Assembly: GCA_964036045.1 (NCBI GenBank) | Contig: OZ038378.1 | Coordinates: 181,598,001-181,662,000 of the forward strand | DNA length: 64,000 nt | From: Eutreptiella sp. 'Long Island Sound 2002' | Taxonomy: Eukaryota; Protista; Euglenida | Direction: 5' to 3' | Shown: piece by piece, positions 46,546 to 60,461 of the stretch | How the letters are laid out: each line of letters starts with the position of its first letter | Position numbering within the stretch: the stretch's first letter is position 1 | Position numbers and translations under genes: made by a program | Notes under the pieces: model-generated | Database searches by the model: none | Told to the model about the DNA's origin: nothing | Seen by the model: only the letters and a program-made list of their open reading frames with translations

Positions 46546-46754
46546 CTATCGCACGACGCCTGTGTTCATCTTGGGCCATTCGGCCTTTGGAATTCCCAGA
46601 GTCGAAAGAATACGCCAGTGCACAACGTTGATGTCCCATGCGGTGCACATGTAATCGGCTTTCAGGAACGCCTCCTTGAAGCGGGTGTTGACCCAAAGGC
46701 CCAACTCGACATGTTTGAAACCGTTGCCTTTCAGGAACTTGCGGTAGTCCACAC
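46546..46754 (-). CDS. Gene 2 exon 6, terminal (YRKFLKGNGF...WVNTRF...GVVR*)
   Basis: Acceptor cattgcag; in frame to the stop at 46546. Confidence 0.85.
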
Positions 46755-47618
46755 CTGCAATGCGGCACGTGGGCACAGGAGACACTCAGGCGCTGAGTAA
46801 GGCCTTTGGTTCTACGGTGGGACTTGGGGGGCTGGGTTGGGGTCGGGGGGTGTCCGGGCCAGTGATGCAGTCTGGAGGGCTCCCCAAACGTAAAAGGCAG
46901 GCTGGCTGACCGTCCCTCCCCCGTCCATGCCCCCCCCCCCCCCCACGGTGGCGGCAATTGTGAGGACTGGGTTCATGTGGGGAGGGTGGACAGGGCTTTC
47001 AGTGCTGGTTTCAAGCAATGTTCACAATCATCTTGCCAGAGAGGCGATCCTCATACCCGAAGAACTAGATGGCTGATACCATACTGGAGGGCTGATAGTG
47101 CACCAGCATCAACAGGCGCTGGCAATTTGGTATCAAGGTGTAAAAGCGTTGCCATGGGTGCCTGAAAGGGATGGGAAAATGAAACAACAGCCCCCGGGCA
47201 CCCAAAAGAATTAGGGTTGACCCCCCGAAGAATCGGACGAACCAACAATCCCCCAAAAAACTAAAATCATCGTTGATCCGTTTCCTGATTTTCCCTGAGC
47301 TTGAAGGGAGAATGCGGTCGGGTTCGTTCAACAGATCGCGTGTTGTTTGTGGTAACCAACGAGCACATCCACTGCGCTTTAGCTCATTCTCTTTCGCATA
47401 CCTTGGGACGCCTTGCGCTCGTTCTCGGTGCCCTCGTATTCCTCTTGTCCCGCGCGGATATCGAACTCTCCAATGACGCATTTGAATTTCGTGATGAACT
47501 CTCCAACCCCCGTGATCACCTCCGCGTCGTGCCCCTGCACAATCGCGCAACAGCAGGAGGGCACAGGACATGTAACTACCAAGACAGGCACATGCGCATA
47601 ACGTGCACGCGCGCGCCT

Positions 47619-47678
<60 letters not shown>

Positions 47679-50600
47679 CTCTCTCTCTCTCTCTCACACC
47701 AGGAGCTCATGCCTGGGCTAGTTGCCTTTCGAACAAAGTCACCCAGAAAGACATACACACATGCACATTCATTCGGTGAAACAACAAACGGCACCAACAA
47801 GCAGCGCACGTAGCAAGTTGTCGTGCCATGGGCGTCCTTGTGCGTGGATTTCAGGGTTGTGCTTAGTACCTGGCCAACAGGACGGGTTCGGTGGCTGGAA
47901 GAATACGGGCCCACAGCACACACACATACACGTTTGTTTTAAACGGGCCCAGTCGGACCATGATCACACAGTACAGACGAAGTAGAGGTAACACACCCAA
48001 GGGGATTGTTATCAGTGCCCCCCGGCGTGCGGGGTGATGGGGAACACCCCAGCGCCCAGGACGGCTGAGCGGTATCACCTCTGCCCCATCAAAGATGGGG
48101 ACTCGGCACCTCCTCGTCAAGCGTCATTGTCCCACTCTCAACTGGTGCAAACAGTTTTCCCCAGCTGTTGGGGTGAGCCATGACGAGGATTCTCTCCTCA
48201 AAAGGTGAACAAGTACATATACCCGGAAGTACCACTCAAGCACACTCACTCAGCCTTGATGGCACCCCCCACCACCACTAGACACCTGCGCAACACCCCT
48301 ACGCATCCACACCCCGAACAACAACAACTGAGTCTTCGTTCCATGCACAGGAAGGGGGCGCGCTGCATCAAACACCTGCGCATCAATCTTCACTATCTCG
48401 AACGTAAGATTTTGCGGGAGAAACTGAAGGATGTGATCCATGCGGATAGTGGGCACTTGGGTCCAGCCCCACGGCCTCTTCTTCTCCCATTTGGAGCCGT
48501 GCTTGAACTCATAAAGCGATCCCACTCCTAAAACAGGGAGTTATGTTCGACACCAGCCGAAGGGCAGCCAGAGCAAAGATGGGTACAGGATGGAACAGCA
48601 TGTGCCCTCTATGCGCCCTCTATGTGCCCCATATACCATCTATGCGCCCTGTTTGCCCCCTATGGCCCTCTGGGCAATATCTGGGCACCAGAGGCCAAAA
48701 CAGACAACGAGAGCCAGAGCGCAGAAGACGATGGATGCAGGAACGCAACTTCTATGTGCCCTCCATGTGCTCTCCACGTACCCTTTGTACGCCCTCTATG
48801 CACACTACTAAGGCAAAAGAACGTTGGGCTGCACGATACCTGGGACGTGTCACCACGCAAAGTGCCTTCACATAAGAGAGAGAAGTTCTGAGACTGTGAG
48901 ACGCATCCGTTCCCTTATGCAGTGCCCACGCTACACCTCTGTGTCCCATTTCAAGAGGCACGTCTTAGGCGTGCGTGCAGAGGATGGTGGAACCGAGAGA
49001 GTGCCGTGGCATTTCAGCCCCCCATGCGCCCTCTAAGCGCCCTCTATGCCTGGTACCCCTGGGCCACCACCATCCTCGGGGTTCACCGGGCCCGATCCGT
49101 GGACACAACCCCACCCCCCTCCTCCTTTTGGAAAAAATAATGTCCAGTTGCGAGCAGGAAAACTAACAATAGGTGCCAAAGGGGCCCGAATTCTCAGCTC
49201 CCCAACATGGGCGTAGCAATGTAATGATAGCAATGATGGGGGGGAAATCCTTCGACAAAACATGCCCCGTAGGTGCCCCATGTCGAGCCCTCTGCATGAC
49301 ATTCGGCTGCTCTGGTTGCTGTCATCAACTGCAGGCTGCCTGGCAGGCGCAGCGACTTGATAAATCACTGTACAACAATTGTCATGGACGATTGGTGAAG
49401 GTTGATGGCGGTTGGGGGGCTGTATTCACGCCAAAGAAGGGAAGCACCTCGGACAAAACACCGTGTGTCTGCCTGCCTCTCCCTGTCATTCGCAGAAACG
49501 GGACCGCTGGGCAGACCTGAATCGCCGGCGCCGAGGTTGAATGGAGAGAAGCCCGCCTTATTGGACACGGCTGCGTTCAACGGGAAAAACTGCTTCCGAC
49601 GCGAGTAGAGGTCCCGGTGGGAGCGGTTGAAACACGACTTGTACCATACCTCCGGGGCCGGGGTCATCTGCAGGCAATGATCATTACAGTTCTTAGGGGA
49701 CACAGCACTTGGGGCCATAGTGGCATAGGGTAGCACAGGGGCATGTGACATGGGAACAGGCGCACAAAGGCATGAGACTGGGGACACAGGAATAGGGGGC
49801 GCAGGGGCGCAGCGCTGTACACAGGGGGCAGATTCGCTACTTTCACACGCGGTATATTACGTGCTGGGAGGTGAGTCGGGTCTCTCCATGAAGGCTTGCG
49901 CAGTGCTCTGCTCTGCTGCACCGATACACCTCCGCCAAATTTTCCCGATAGTAGTGGGATTTGCTGTGAGCAACCAAGGAATTCGCCCTGAGTAGGTCTA
50001 TTGCCTAGCCCTCGTGCATTATCTTGGAGCCCAAAGGGCCAGAGGGCCACACGCAGGTCAAAGAGCGCTCCACACATGCACGTCCTGGTATGCACATGCA
50101 GCAATGTTCGGCAATTCTCACAGCTGATTTGATCATACAGCTTTCCTCTTAACGTGCAATCCTTCTTGCTTGGCCGTGTTTTGTCGGCCAAAACAACTGG
50201 CCTGTATTCCACTACCATCAGGCCCTTGCTGAAGGCTAGCACTCAATCGCCCCGGCCCTTTGGGCCATGGTCAGATCTGGGGCCAGAGGGGGGGGGGGGG
50301 CGGGTTGGCACAAGGCCTCGGTATTAAGTTGTTTGAGTTTGGCGGCGCCTGTTGGCCTCTCGCCACTGCTCATTCTGACCCTCTGTGGGCCCGAACGTGT
50401 TTTGGTTGTGTCAATGGAGCCCTGGATGACTTGTCCTGTTTGACTACTCCAGGGTGGGCTGTCCCGGAGACGGGCTGTTGCCCGTGCCGTTGACCAGGTG
50501 CATCCAGAGGTACCCTCCGAGTCCATGCTGGGTTTGCCGACTCCAGCACTGACTTGTGCGTGCTGGGGTGTGCATCTGCAGGATAATTTTAACAACCACA

Positions 50601-53600
50601 CCTTCTAACAACCACAATGATTCCTTCCCTTTTGTCCTTTCCTTCTCCTCCTCCTGCGCTCTGCACCCTTTTCGGCGAGCGTGGTCTGCCCTGTCCTGTT
50701 ATCTCCCCTTCTTCGTCCCTTCCTCCATGCCCAGTTTCCTCTGGGCTCTCCCTATTCTTTCTGCCCTGGGGGGCATTGGGTGGCCGGGGAGCGTGTTGCT
50801 GTGGGGAGGGGGGGGGGGGGGGGGCGTGGCTTACCCTCCGCCCTACTTGTCCTCATCATCATCGCTCTCATCACTTAGAGAATCCTCAAAAGCCACATCA
50901 CCATCCATATCAAGACCCAAATCATTATTTGAATTAGCCGACTCTTTCTTGAAATATTCCCCATCTTCCGAAAAAAAAAAGTGTCAGCTCCAACCCCTGC
51001 GGGAAATAGGCACCCTTAAAAGCTGCTTGGATGTCATCGTTAGAGATGGGGTAATATCCATGGATCACCCAATCCACTAGGGCCCTGGGGCTGGGACGGG
51101 CACAAATGACCCCACACAACCCAATACCAAAGTGGGCAGAGGGACAATTGTATCATGCTCACCTACCAAAAATGTTTTCCCCATGGGAAAGAAAAATCAC
51201 CCACATTTTTGCATGGCTGCCTGCAGTAAACGCCCCATTTTTTAGGGTGAGGCTGGGCTGTCCTCAAATTGATTGACGTTGGGCTTGGGTTATGAGGAAG
51301 GTGCTGCCGACCCTCCTGTGATTGTGGGTTCCATGGGGCGGCAGGAGTCAGCATACCAAACCTGGAACCCCCTCCCCCTCCGTGCGCGCCAGGACTATCG
51401 GTCAAAAAGGTGGAGGGGATGGGGGGGGGGGGGGGGGGGGCAACAGGCCGGCCAGGCAAACCCCCCACCTTGGGTGCCAGACTAGCCAAACTCACTTGCC
51501 CCTACCGGCCAGTGTTTGCATACCTGGTTTTCTCTGCCGAACCAACTTCTGGGCAGGGAGAACGGCCCGGTCAACCAACCTATTGCCCAGTTAAGCGACT
51601 TTTGCTGGGCCGCCTTTTTTTCATGTTCCCTCACGATGGCGCCCCTGCACATGGATCTATCCCTTACAAACCTACCTTTGTGCCATTGTAGGAGCGGCAG
51701 GGCGGATAGTAGAACATAAAGGACCGAGGATTGTCCACCATGATGGGGTGCGATGTGTATGCCAGCAGGGAGAAGGCATAGGGATGAGGTTCTACAGCGA
51801 TCACCGCCAGATCGTCTCCATCACCGCGGCGGAACCAGCGCTGCCCTGAGAGGGGCAGCGAGATCGGCAGAGGGTCGGAGAGCGTTAGAGACTCATTCAG
51901 GGCACACAAGCATTGCGAGGGGAGTGTAAGGAAGGGTATTCCGACCATTCATCGACGAAAAGCATAAACTGCAAGTCCAGATAATTTGCTGTATGAGACA
52001 TCCGGCTCGTCGGCGAACGCCGTGTCCATTGGGCTTGGGGCCGCCTCTTGTTCGCCGTGGTTGCCGCCGTCACTCTGTGCCCCAAGTCAGCGATGTCACC
52101 TCCATCCGCTGGGAATGGCTGTCCGACCCGGGATGGCTGGTGTTTTAGGACACCACAATTAGCAAGCAAATCACTGCAATGCCAATCTCCACCTTTTCGG
52201 ACAAGTGGAGAGCTTAGGTCTACCATGACTGCATGCCTGATCACCGACCAGACGGCCCAATCTTGCCAGGTGGCGCAGCAAGTGCATGGAAACTATTGGC
52301 CACGTTTCTCCGCGGCACCGAATCCCCGGTACACTGCCGTCACCCCTTCAAACGCATGGGTGCAGCGTGCTATTGTGCCTCGGGGGATCTCTGGCAGAAC
52401 TCACCCTGTGGACATTCTGGCGACAGCAGGCCCAGGCGGCCTGCTAGGCAACGCACTCCCCAAGCCAGACGATGCCGGCACAGGTGGTGCTGCTGGTACC
52501 GACATGCACGACAGGAGGTGCCACACGCGACTGCGAATGGCAGCAACTCTGAGTCCGCAACTTGTGGCATCCAAACACCTTCAGCTGGGACCCAGAAAGC
52601 GGAATCGATAGCCACCCACCGCCACCACCTATGCCCAACCAGCAACGGTGGAAGCCGGCGACATTGACACCAACGACGAGGGAGGCGGAGGCTAGAGGCG
52701 GATGCACCACAAAGCCCTCTAATCTCCCATCCGCCCAAAAAAAAACGCACCTAAAAGCCCCCATTACCACACCACCCGGACTCAATTCCTTCCATGCCAA
52801 AGAAATGTGCTTGTCCAATCAGGGGAAAACGGTTGGCGACGGGGGGGAAGTGGGGGCAGGTGGGGGAGATTAAGGGCAAAATGGCAAGCCCTCGGAATAC
52901 CCCATAAGCCCTCATGCCTTCCATACCCCCCAACGCAAGCCCTCATTGCCGAGACCGGGATGCCGATGCCATGGGGAGGCCAAAAGGGCAAAAGTAACTC
53001 CCTCCAACTGCCTTCTTCCAAGTGCCAAGTGCCACCTTCAAAGCGTGCCCCCTCCCTGACATATGCACAGAGGTGTGGCGTGGCGTGGCGTGGCGTGGTA
53101 TGATTTCTGTGTGTATGGGTTAGTGAATCCACATGCTGACAATAAGTCATCTACCCCACGAAACAAGGGCAGCCCCACACCACAAGCGCCCTTACAGGCT
53201 TCTCACACCCGCCCCCCCAAGCCTACGCCCCTCGTTTTGCAGCGAGATTGGGCTCACCCTACAGCACGAACTCTGGGTACGCTTCTGGGTGGGTGGGAGG
53301 GGGGGGGGTTGGCTTGACTTCCACGCCAGTTGAGTGATCGTGCGCTACCTAGGGCTGGACCCCTCACCCTTGGCTGCATAACCACAACCTGCTGCAGCCC
53401 GCCGGATCGGGGGCCACTGAATAACAGTCCGGCTCCGCTGGAAAATGCCACACCACACCGCACAACACATCACACCAAACAGATCAGACATTACGCCACA
53501 AACCGCCACGTCGCACCACACTCCACCACGCCAGACCACGCAAAACACCAGACACCACGCATTGCCACACATTTTCTGCCACAACCGTTCGCGCGATGTT

Positions 53601-55059
53601 GGCTCGCAGGTGTGAATTGGGGCTAATGTTGAGCCCGTCGACTGCTGTGCCCAGGGGTTATCAGGAAGAAGCCCAAGTGCTGTTGTGCTGTCAGCCTTTT
53701 CCCCGACATCTGCGGCGCTCCGCCTTGTGTCTCGGTCCCAGGCAGGTGTTGAAAGACTTGCACCACTTGCACCTGGTTCAGGGGTTGGTTGCACTTTGCC
53801 GGATCACCAGCGCATGCTGCTTTATTGATTAAGGTGTTCTGTCTCTTGACATGAATATGCCCCCAGAGTGTGGGCAGAGAACATTTCCAAAAGCTGACCT
53901 GCTGGGCACGGAAAACCGTTGCCTGCCAACCGTAGGTCAGCTGTCAACTCGCCGTGGAGACTTTCACTAACCCCCCCCCCCCTGCGCAAGCACAGTCGAA
54001 GGCCGTGAAAACTACGGTGAGACCGGGATCCCAGTATTGACGCAGGACGCACAGACAGGGGGATCTTGCGGGATGAGGCCTCCACAACAGCGACATTCAC
54101 AGAAAAACACGGCAAAGCAAATAGATGTGGGCTGCAGTCTCAAGCACAAATGATGTCATGAGCAGACAGCGCTCTTCACAGGCATGACCCAGCCCCTCTT
54201 TCCGGCTGCAACCGGCTCACAAACGTGTCATTGTACATTCTTGACGAAAATACTGCACTAAGAAAAACGACCGTCAGCTTCAGGCGCCGCACTTAGCCAA
54301 TGCCGTGCTTCCGCAAACAGGAGGTGGGGATGTTGGTTGACTGTGCCACGTGTCATTAGAGAGGGATGCACAACGCGCCTTCGGTGTGTACCGTGCCCCC
54401 TCTACGGCCCTTGATGCGCCCTGGAGCGCCCTCTGTGCGCCGTCTATGCATCCTCCGTGCGTCGTCTTTGCGTCTTCTATGCACCCTAGACGCCCGCACT
54501 GCGCCTCCTCTATGCACCGTCTAGGCGCCCTGTATGCACCCACCTTGGAGGCTCGGAGGAGACTAACGAAAGAGGGCCCCCGGATGAGGATGGAGCAGGC
54601 ACCTGATGGGGAATACATCGAGGATCCGAGGTCTAACGCGAGCCTCTTGATGCCAGGGGGGATGGGAAACAGCCCATCCTGCAACGCAATCACCGGCTGG
54701 ACAAGCCCGAGATACTTCGCGTCCGGAGTCAGCACGACTGAGGACGAGACCGTCGGGATGGGGATGGTAAGTTCTGCAGCAGCGCCGTCGCTATCCGCCT
54801 GCCGCGCTGCATCCTCCTCCCGGGGCTCCGGACAGGGTGCGCAAGGCTCGCACTGGTGCACGGTCTTAGGGCAGGGTGAGCAAGGCTCACAAACTTGCAC
54901 AGGGCACCTGCATGCAGCCGCTGGGGCTTGCGGGGGGGACGAGCAGGTGACAGAGGGTGCCTCTTCAGGCGCGCTCAGGAGGTGGGACAGAGTAACCAGC
55001 AAGGCCCCGACGAGAATTCCCAGAGCAAACGCCGCAAGTGTCACGAAGCGGAAACCCAT
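46546..55059 (-). CDS. Gene 2, 6-exon type II membrane FkbM-family (Methyltransf_21) SAM-dependent methyltransferase, about 423 aa: join(55059-54603, 51845-51676, 49667-49517, 48527-48376, 47534-47402, 46754-46546)
   Basis: GT-AG introns with consistent phases; 1272 nt = 424 codons. FkbM-type motifs in the expected order: LALDLGS, VIAVEPHP, PLNAAVS, VPTIRMD, VKIDAQGHD, IGEF. N-terminal TM FVTLAAFALGILVGALLVTL. Confidence 0.85.
47402..47534 (-). CDS. Gene 2 exon 5 (GHDAEVITG...CVIGEF)
   Basis: Acceptor ttgtgcag, donor G|GTATGC. Confidence 0.87.
47625..47696. repeat. (CA)n(CT)n compound microsatellite in gene 2 intron 4
   Basis: Direct reading. Confidence 0.9.
48376..48527 (-). CDS. Gene 2 exon 4 (VGSL...VPTIRMDHIL...VKIDAQ)
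   Basis: Acceptor ctgttttag, donor CAG|GTGTTT. Confidence 0.87.
49517..49667 (-). CDS. Gene 2 exon 3 (FFPLNAAVSNKAG)
   Basis: Acceptor gcctgcag, donor G|GTCTGC. Confidence 0.85.
51676..51845 (-). CDS. Gene 2 exon 2 (QRWFRRG...VIAVEPHPY)
   Basis: Acceptor ccctctcag, donor AAG|GTAGGT. Confidence 0.85.
54365..54545. repeat. Degenerate ctctatgcgcc-type minisatellite; related tracts at about 48600-48800 and 49020-49050
   Basis: Repeated (c/t)ctatgc(g/a)cc units visible in all three tracts. Confidence 0.55.
54603..55059 (-). CDS. Gene 2 exon 1: signal anchor, Cys/Pro-rich stalk (CEPCxPCP x2), start of the SAM-binding motif
   Basis: ATG at 55059, donor G|GTGCCT. Confidence 0.85.
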
Positions 55060-57912
55060 ACACTGTGCAGCAGGGCCGAGTGGGAATACAAGGATGACGA
55101 GTCACCGGTTGATGCGCGCAAGGATTGTGGCTCCAATCGAAAGCAACCCACTTCGGTCTGTTGTACAATGGGTTGTGCGCAGACATGGCCACGTCTAAGC
55201 ACGAGGCCGTGCCTAAGCCGCCTTCTTTGCCTAATTGTGGCCGTGCTTGCGCAACGGGGCGGGCCACTCATTCCCACACCCGACTCTCATCATGCACATG
55301 CTCATCATCTTTCTCCCACTGATTATCATCATCATACTACTTGTCCTTGCAGTCATCCTTGAAGTCATTATCAATTGCATTCATCATCATGGTAGTGTAA
55401 TCGATCCTGCCTGGTGTAAGCTTGTGCCGCACAGGGAACAATGAATGGTAGTTGAGTCGCCTGTCAATGAGAGCTCCTCCGCTCTACGACACAACAATAC
55501 GAACATTGAGCATAACTTCAGACTTCCATGCCATCATGGGCCTTCTTGAACCTCTGACTCACCAGCATACTCAGCAGTAGATTCGGTAGGAACCGTATGG
55601 GGACCAGCAGGAACATTTTCTGGAGCAGCACCCATATCCCCACCACCACTTTCTCCTCCAATATAAGGCCCGCGTACCCGTGGTTCCAGGTCCTTGGAGC
55701 TTTTACAATCACCAGAAACCGTCAAAGACAGACGCGGAATCGCTCTAGTACTTCATCTACTTTTCTAACTACTTTTCCTACCGTTGTTGTGCACTCACTT
55801 GGTTGCTGAAGCAAATCCCGAGCGTGACGAGCATTGTCAGTCTTGCAGTCAAGCGACCGCTTGTCAAAGCCCAATTTGGTTCCCAATTGATTTTGATACT
55901 GTTTGAATATGTGAATATGTGAATAGCACTCACAACCCGTTTGTGAATAAGAAAGCCATCAATGAGTTGTTGCCCTGTGGCATCAACAGCCGAACTCATG
56001 TGCCAAGTACGGCATTGAAATCAAACAATTCAACACTTACTGATTGGTGAAGAACAGACTTAATCGACAGGAGTTGTGCTGGTATTCAACATGGGAAACT
56101 TCGACGTTGAAAATTTCGGAAACACCAACACAAAATTCGTCCCTGGCTACACAACCCTTGCCATCTCAGGGGTCCCCTAAGTTGGGAGAAATTGGTTATA
56201 CAACCCCACTGTGTCGGGTCCCCAGGAGTCAAAATGAATACATACCAGTCATCATCCTTGTGCAGTGCCTGCCAAATTGTTGCTGCTTTCAAATCACTCA
56301 GAAAAAAATTAGTGCACACACAGATCCCTCAATGAAGCAGAGAGGTTTCCTCCATCTTGTGTCGGAAAGCGTGCAGACGTCTTACGCCTTTTACGAGCCA
56401 GTTTAAAGCTGCGGTGGTGAACCAGTCCCTACCCTTCTACAGGGACATGTGTGGACAGTCGTTCAGCACGTTCAGTACTCATATACCTCCACAGCAAGGT
56501 CAACGTCCCTTGGCCCCGTGCTGGCCCTTTCAGCCCAAGCAACAATGTGCTCCATATCAGCGTGCAAGCTAACCTTCCGCTCCTTCGTACATGCAGCTTC
56601 TCAGCATGGCAGACGACTCATCTCTGAGCAACAGTGTTCAAAAGTAATAACGTATAATATATACCTCTGGACCGAGCACACAGGCCTTCCAAACACAACA
56701 CAATTAAAAGACCACGGCACATGGACGCATGGCAGCGGTGCTTAGACAACACATGACAGACGCAAAGCACATCATGAAAGCCTTCATGCTGCATGGGTAC
56801 GCAATGCTCAACTGCACCACACCCCGAGAAAGCACAAATATCAGGAGCCGGAATTGCACACTGCATGTGCAGGGCGTTTAATGGCAGACGTCACAGCCGA
56901 CTGCCGTCAGGCCACTGGTACCACAGCAGCGACGGCCCTGGCTCACCCCTGTGTGCAGCAAGGATGGCACACCAAATCAGTGTGGCTCCGACTGCTTCCA
57001 GGAGGCACCAATGGTCTGTAGCTTCATGCAGGATGGCCCAGAAAAGATGTACAATGAAATGACTGCAAACCTGTACATCTTGCCAAATTCATCAATAGCA
57101 AACTGGCCGGAACTGATAGGTGGCCATCCTAATATCCATTGTGCAGCGGTAGACCACTGTTGTTCATCCCTGCCTGATACCTTTGGGCCCTGTGTGTATG
57201 AGCACTGTTCAGTGGCTATTATCTTTCTCCGATCTGGTAATTTGGATTCTGTTCCGTTCCTGAATGACAATCACAGACACAACTTGCGCATGCATGCGCA
57301 CTGCTCGAATAAACACTGTGCAACCTTTGTCTGTATGATCACTGACCACCGCCGCCTGCGCGCCCAGCATGGTATGTATGTGCCGCCCATCTGAGGCATC
57401 TGTCTAACTGAAAACGAAACTGCACACGAAAATAATGCCACTGCATGGCAAACAGGCTGCTATGCATGCCTCTACATCGGCGTGCCGATGCTGTTTATGC
57501 TGCTGGCAACATACCATGCAATGGAGGTGGACGCTGGGACACAAGCGTTTTCTACAAAGTGGGCCCCGTCAAAAAGAAAGCAGAAGGGACACCTTGCGAT
57601 CACCAACCCAGCCAAAAGGGTTAGGGCCGAGCTTTCCAACAGAACTCCAAAATACATGACTACCGCACCCCCTGACCCGCAACCCTCGTCAAAAAGAACC
57701 CAATCCAACGCCGAACACACGTGCGTTGCAGACGCATCGGTGTGATGAGCAGCAGCAACTCTTCACAGCCACGACCCAGCCCACAACGGGCTCACAAACA
57801 TGTCCTCGTGTCTTCTGGACCACAACAATTGCGGTGAGCGGAACGACGGTCGGACGGGGTCGCCGCGCTCGGACAAAGGCCATGCGAGCGCAGAGAAATG
57901 GGCGGGGGAGGG

Positions 57913-58118
57913 CAGGGATGCATTAAAAGGGAAGGCACCTCAGAGGCGGCCCCAGGAGCGGTTAGATAGGCGGTTGGAGGAGGTTGCCAAAGCGATTGGG
58001 GGCGGTTACTGTCGGCGACAAATGCCGTTGAAGCTGGGACTTGCTGTCAGGGAGACGGTAGCTGGGCATGGGCTGGGCGCCCTTGGAGGGGGGTACCTCC
58101 CCCCTTCCAATACAGCCC
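57913..58118. mobile_element. MITE with degenerate CAGGGATGCATT-type TIR; a related inverted copy lies at about 26060-26229
   Basis: cagggatgcattaaaaggg at the left, ccccttccaatacagccc at the right; TSD not resolvable. Confidence 0.55.
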
Positions 58119-58705
58119 TTGGGCGTTGGGGGGGCAATGGGCCTTCTCAGGGAAGATACCGGAAGCCCCCTGCAACCCCGGACTCCTGGGGCCCCGCAAG
58201 ACACAGGGTCTCAAAGCCCTGTGCCACTCGTTGTTCATTCCATGGGCCCCGCTGAGGTCGGATAACAACTCAGCCCCCCCCCCCCCCCCTTCAGCAGCCG
58301 AAACATTTGAGCCTTCGCGAAACGATATCTTCAAACACACTGGGCTCTGGGGCATTTGTCAGAAAGAATGTGCAAGTCCAGCACCGGTCCTGGCGCTTCC
58401 TGGAGCGCTCCTGGGCACTGCGGCAAGGTGCTGACCATCCAGAGCGCCTCCAGCTGCCCCGCATTGAACTGCGGGGCTTCAGCCACCACTCACCTTGTCC
58501 GAGACATGCAGAGTGAAGCCCCGGGGGGTGGGGGGGGTGGAGGCGTCTGTTGGCGGCGGATAGGGGGGGGGGGGTGTTGGACTCAACACATCCTCTTTGT
58601 GGGGCCTCGGCCGTGAGCAACGGAGATGTGACGTGGTCTGCTCTGGGATGCTCTGGGCAGGGCTGGAATAGAGTTGATGACAAAAATGTTTGTTCGGTTT
58701 CATTA

Positions 58706-58876
58706 TTGTTCGGTTTCAAATATGCCTGGGTGTCACGCACACACATACACACACACACACACACGAACATGGAAGTAAAGAGCAACAAAGTGGTTGTCTT
58801 ACTTTGGAGTTATTGGCCTCATTCGGCAACAAACAACAAAATTTGCGCGCTACGAGGCACCTTTCTGAAATAGTTG
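58706..58876. repeat. Direct repeat of about 170 bp, copy 1
   Basis: Differs from 60297-60461 only by CA-run length and two substitutions. Confidence 0.9.
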
Positions 58877-60296
58877 ACCCCCCACCGGTCAATGCACCGC
58901 GACACGGGGGGTCATTTCGACCGGCGGACAAAAATTGGCGCGCTCTGCTTTTTGGATGTGACAAAGCCGGACTGGAAACAATTTGGTGCCAACCCGAACA
59001 ATGGAAGACAATACTCCGAGCGCCACCCTCCCTCACATGGCCCCTTCAATCCGGCACCATAGCGCCGTCGCACAACGTAACTTCCGAACGATGAACACGA
59101 ACAGCTTGTCTTTCTCGGGACCAAGAGGGCCAGGGCTTCGTCTTGGACGACCCCCTCGGCGTGCATCTTACGTTGCTGGCGCGGTACTGTTCTGCAGCCT
59201 TATGGGGGGGGGGTACATGTCTTCATCGCTGTGTGTTGACGGGGCTGTGCTGTATGAGGTGACCCCGCGCTGTATAAGGGGACATCATTGTGCTGTGTGA
59301 GGTGATCCCGGTGTTATTCCGTGAAGGGATCCCATACAGTATGATGATGAAGGGATCCCAGGCATTAGCCCCATCCGGCTGGCGGGATCACGGAGGACAG
59401 CGTCACACCAATCCATCTGGGACTGGAACTGGGTGCCTCCTGTGCAGGCGTCATGCACTGTGACACGTGAACCATGTGGCCTCGATTCGTGGGGTAGAAT
59501 GGATGGGTCAGGTCCCGGTGGGTTGAAATGCGCCCCTGCGGCAGGAATTCCCCCCGTAACGATGGGATGTGAAGCCTGCTGGCGCTTCAACGGAACAAAC
59601 ACTCAACTCTGACCAACAAATTGCGCCTGCCCGCCCCCATCCCCCCACCCCCCCGGGTCCCCTCATCCCCCCTGACCCTTCATATTCAACATGGCCGCAG
59701 TCCACAAAAGCAGGTCACACAGAAGAGATGGCACTGGACACCGGTTGTACTGCAGTGCAACCGAGCAGCCTTCATGGGCCCTGTCACTCCGCCCTGAAAC
59801 GAGGGTTAGACGCAACCATTAGTCGAAGCACCCAAAACAGCACTTTGCCCCGTTCCCTTTGGGCGCTGTATCGCCTGCCAGTCCGGACTCCAGCGGCAAA
59901 GCCATCACACATCAAGGGGACTGTCCTTGGGCAAAGGCCTGGCACCAGAAATGAAAGGGGCAGGACAAACGAAGCCCAACATATCCCACCGCAGAAGCAG
60001 AAATGCGTGTCCAACACTTCGGAAGGTGGCCTTCTCTCTGTCCCATGCACTGTCCTCACTCCGCCAACGTCAGGATCTCGGCGACAGGCAATTGGGGGTC
60101 GATTGGTACTCATCAATGATCTTTTCCACTTCAGCTAAACTCTCCAGAAGATGGTCCACTTGACTTTGCAACTCCGCATTCTTTTTTTTCAATCTGAAAT
60201 TCCCCTCCTGCAAATGGGTGTACACGTGGGCAGACGGAGGCACCAAACAGAGCTGGGGTGCAAAAAGAGCTGTAGAAAGGTGGTGCATGATGGCTG

Positions 60297-60461
60297 TTGT
60301 TCGGTTTCAAATATGCCTGGGTGTCACGCACACACACACACACACACACGAACATGTAAGTAAAGAGCAACAAAGTGGTTGTCTTACTTTGGAGTTATTG
60401 GCCTCATTCGGCAACAAACAACAAAATTTGCGCGCTACTAGGCACCTTTCTGAAATAGTTG
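60297..60461. repeat. Direct repeat of about 170 bp, copy 2
   Basis: See copy 1. Confidence 0.9.
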
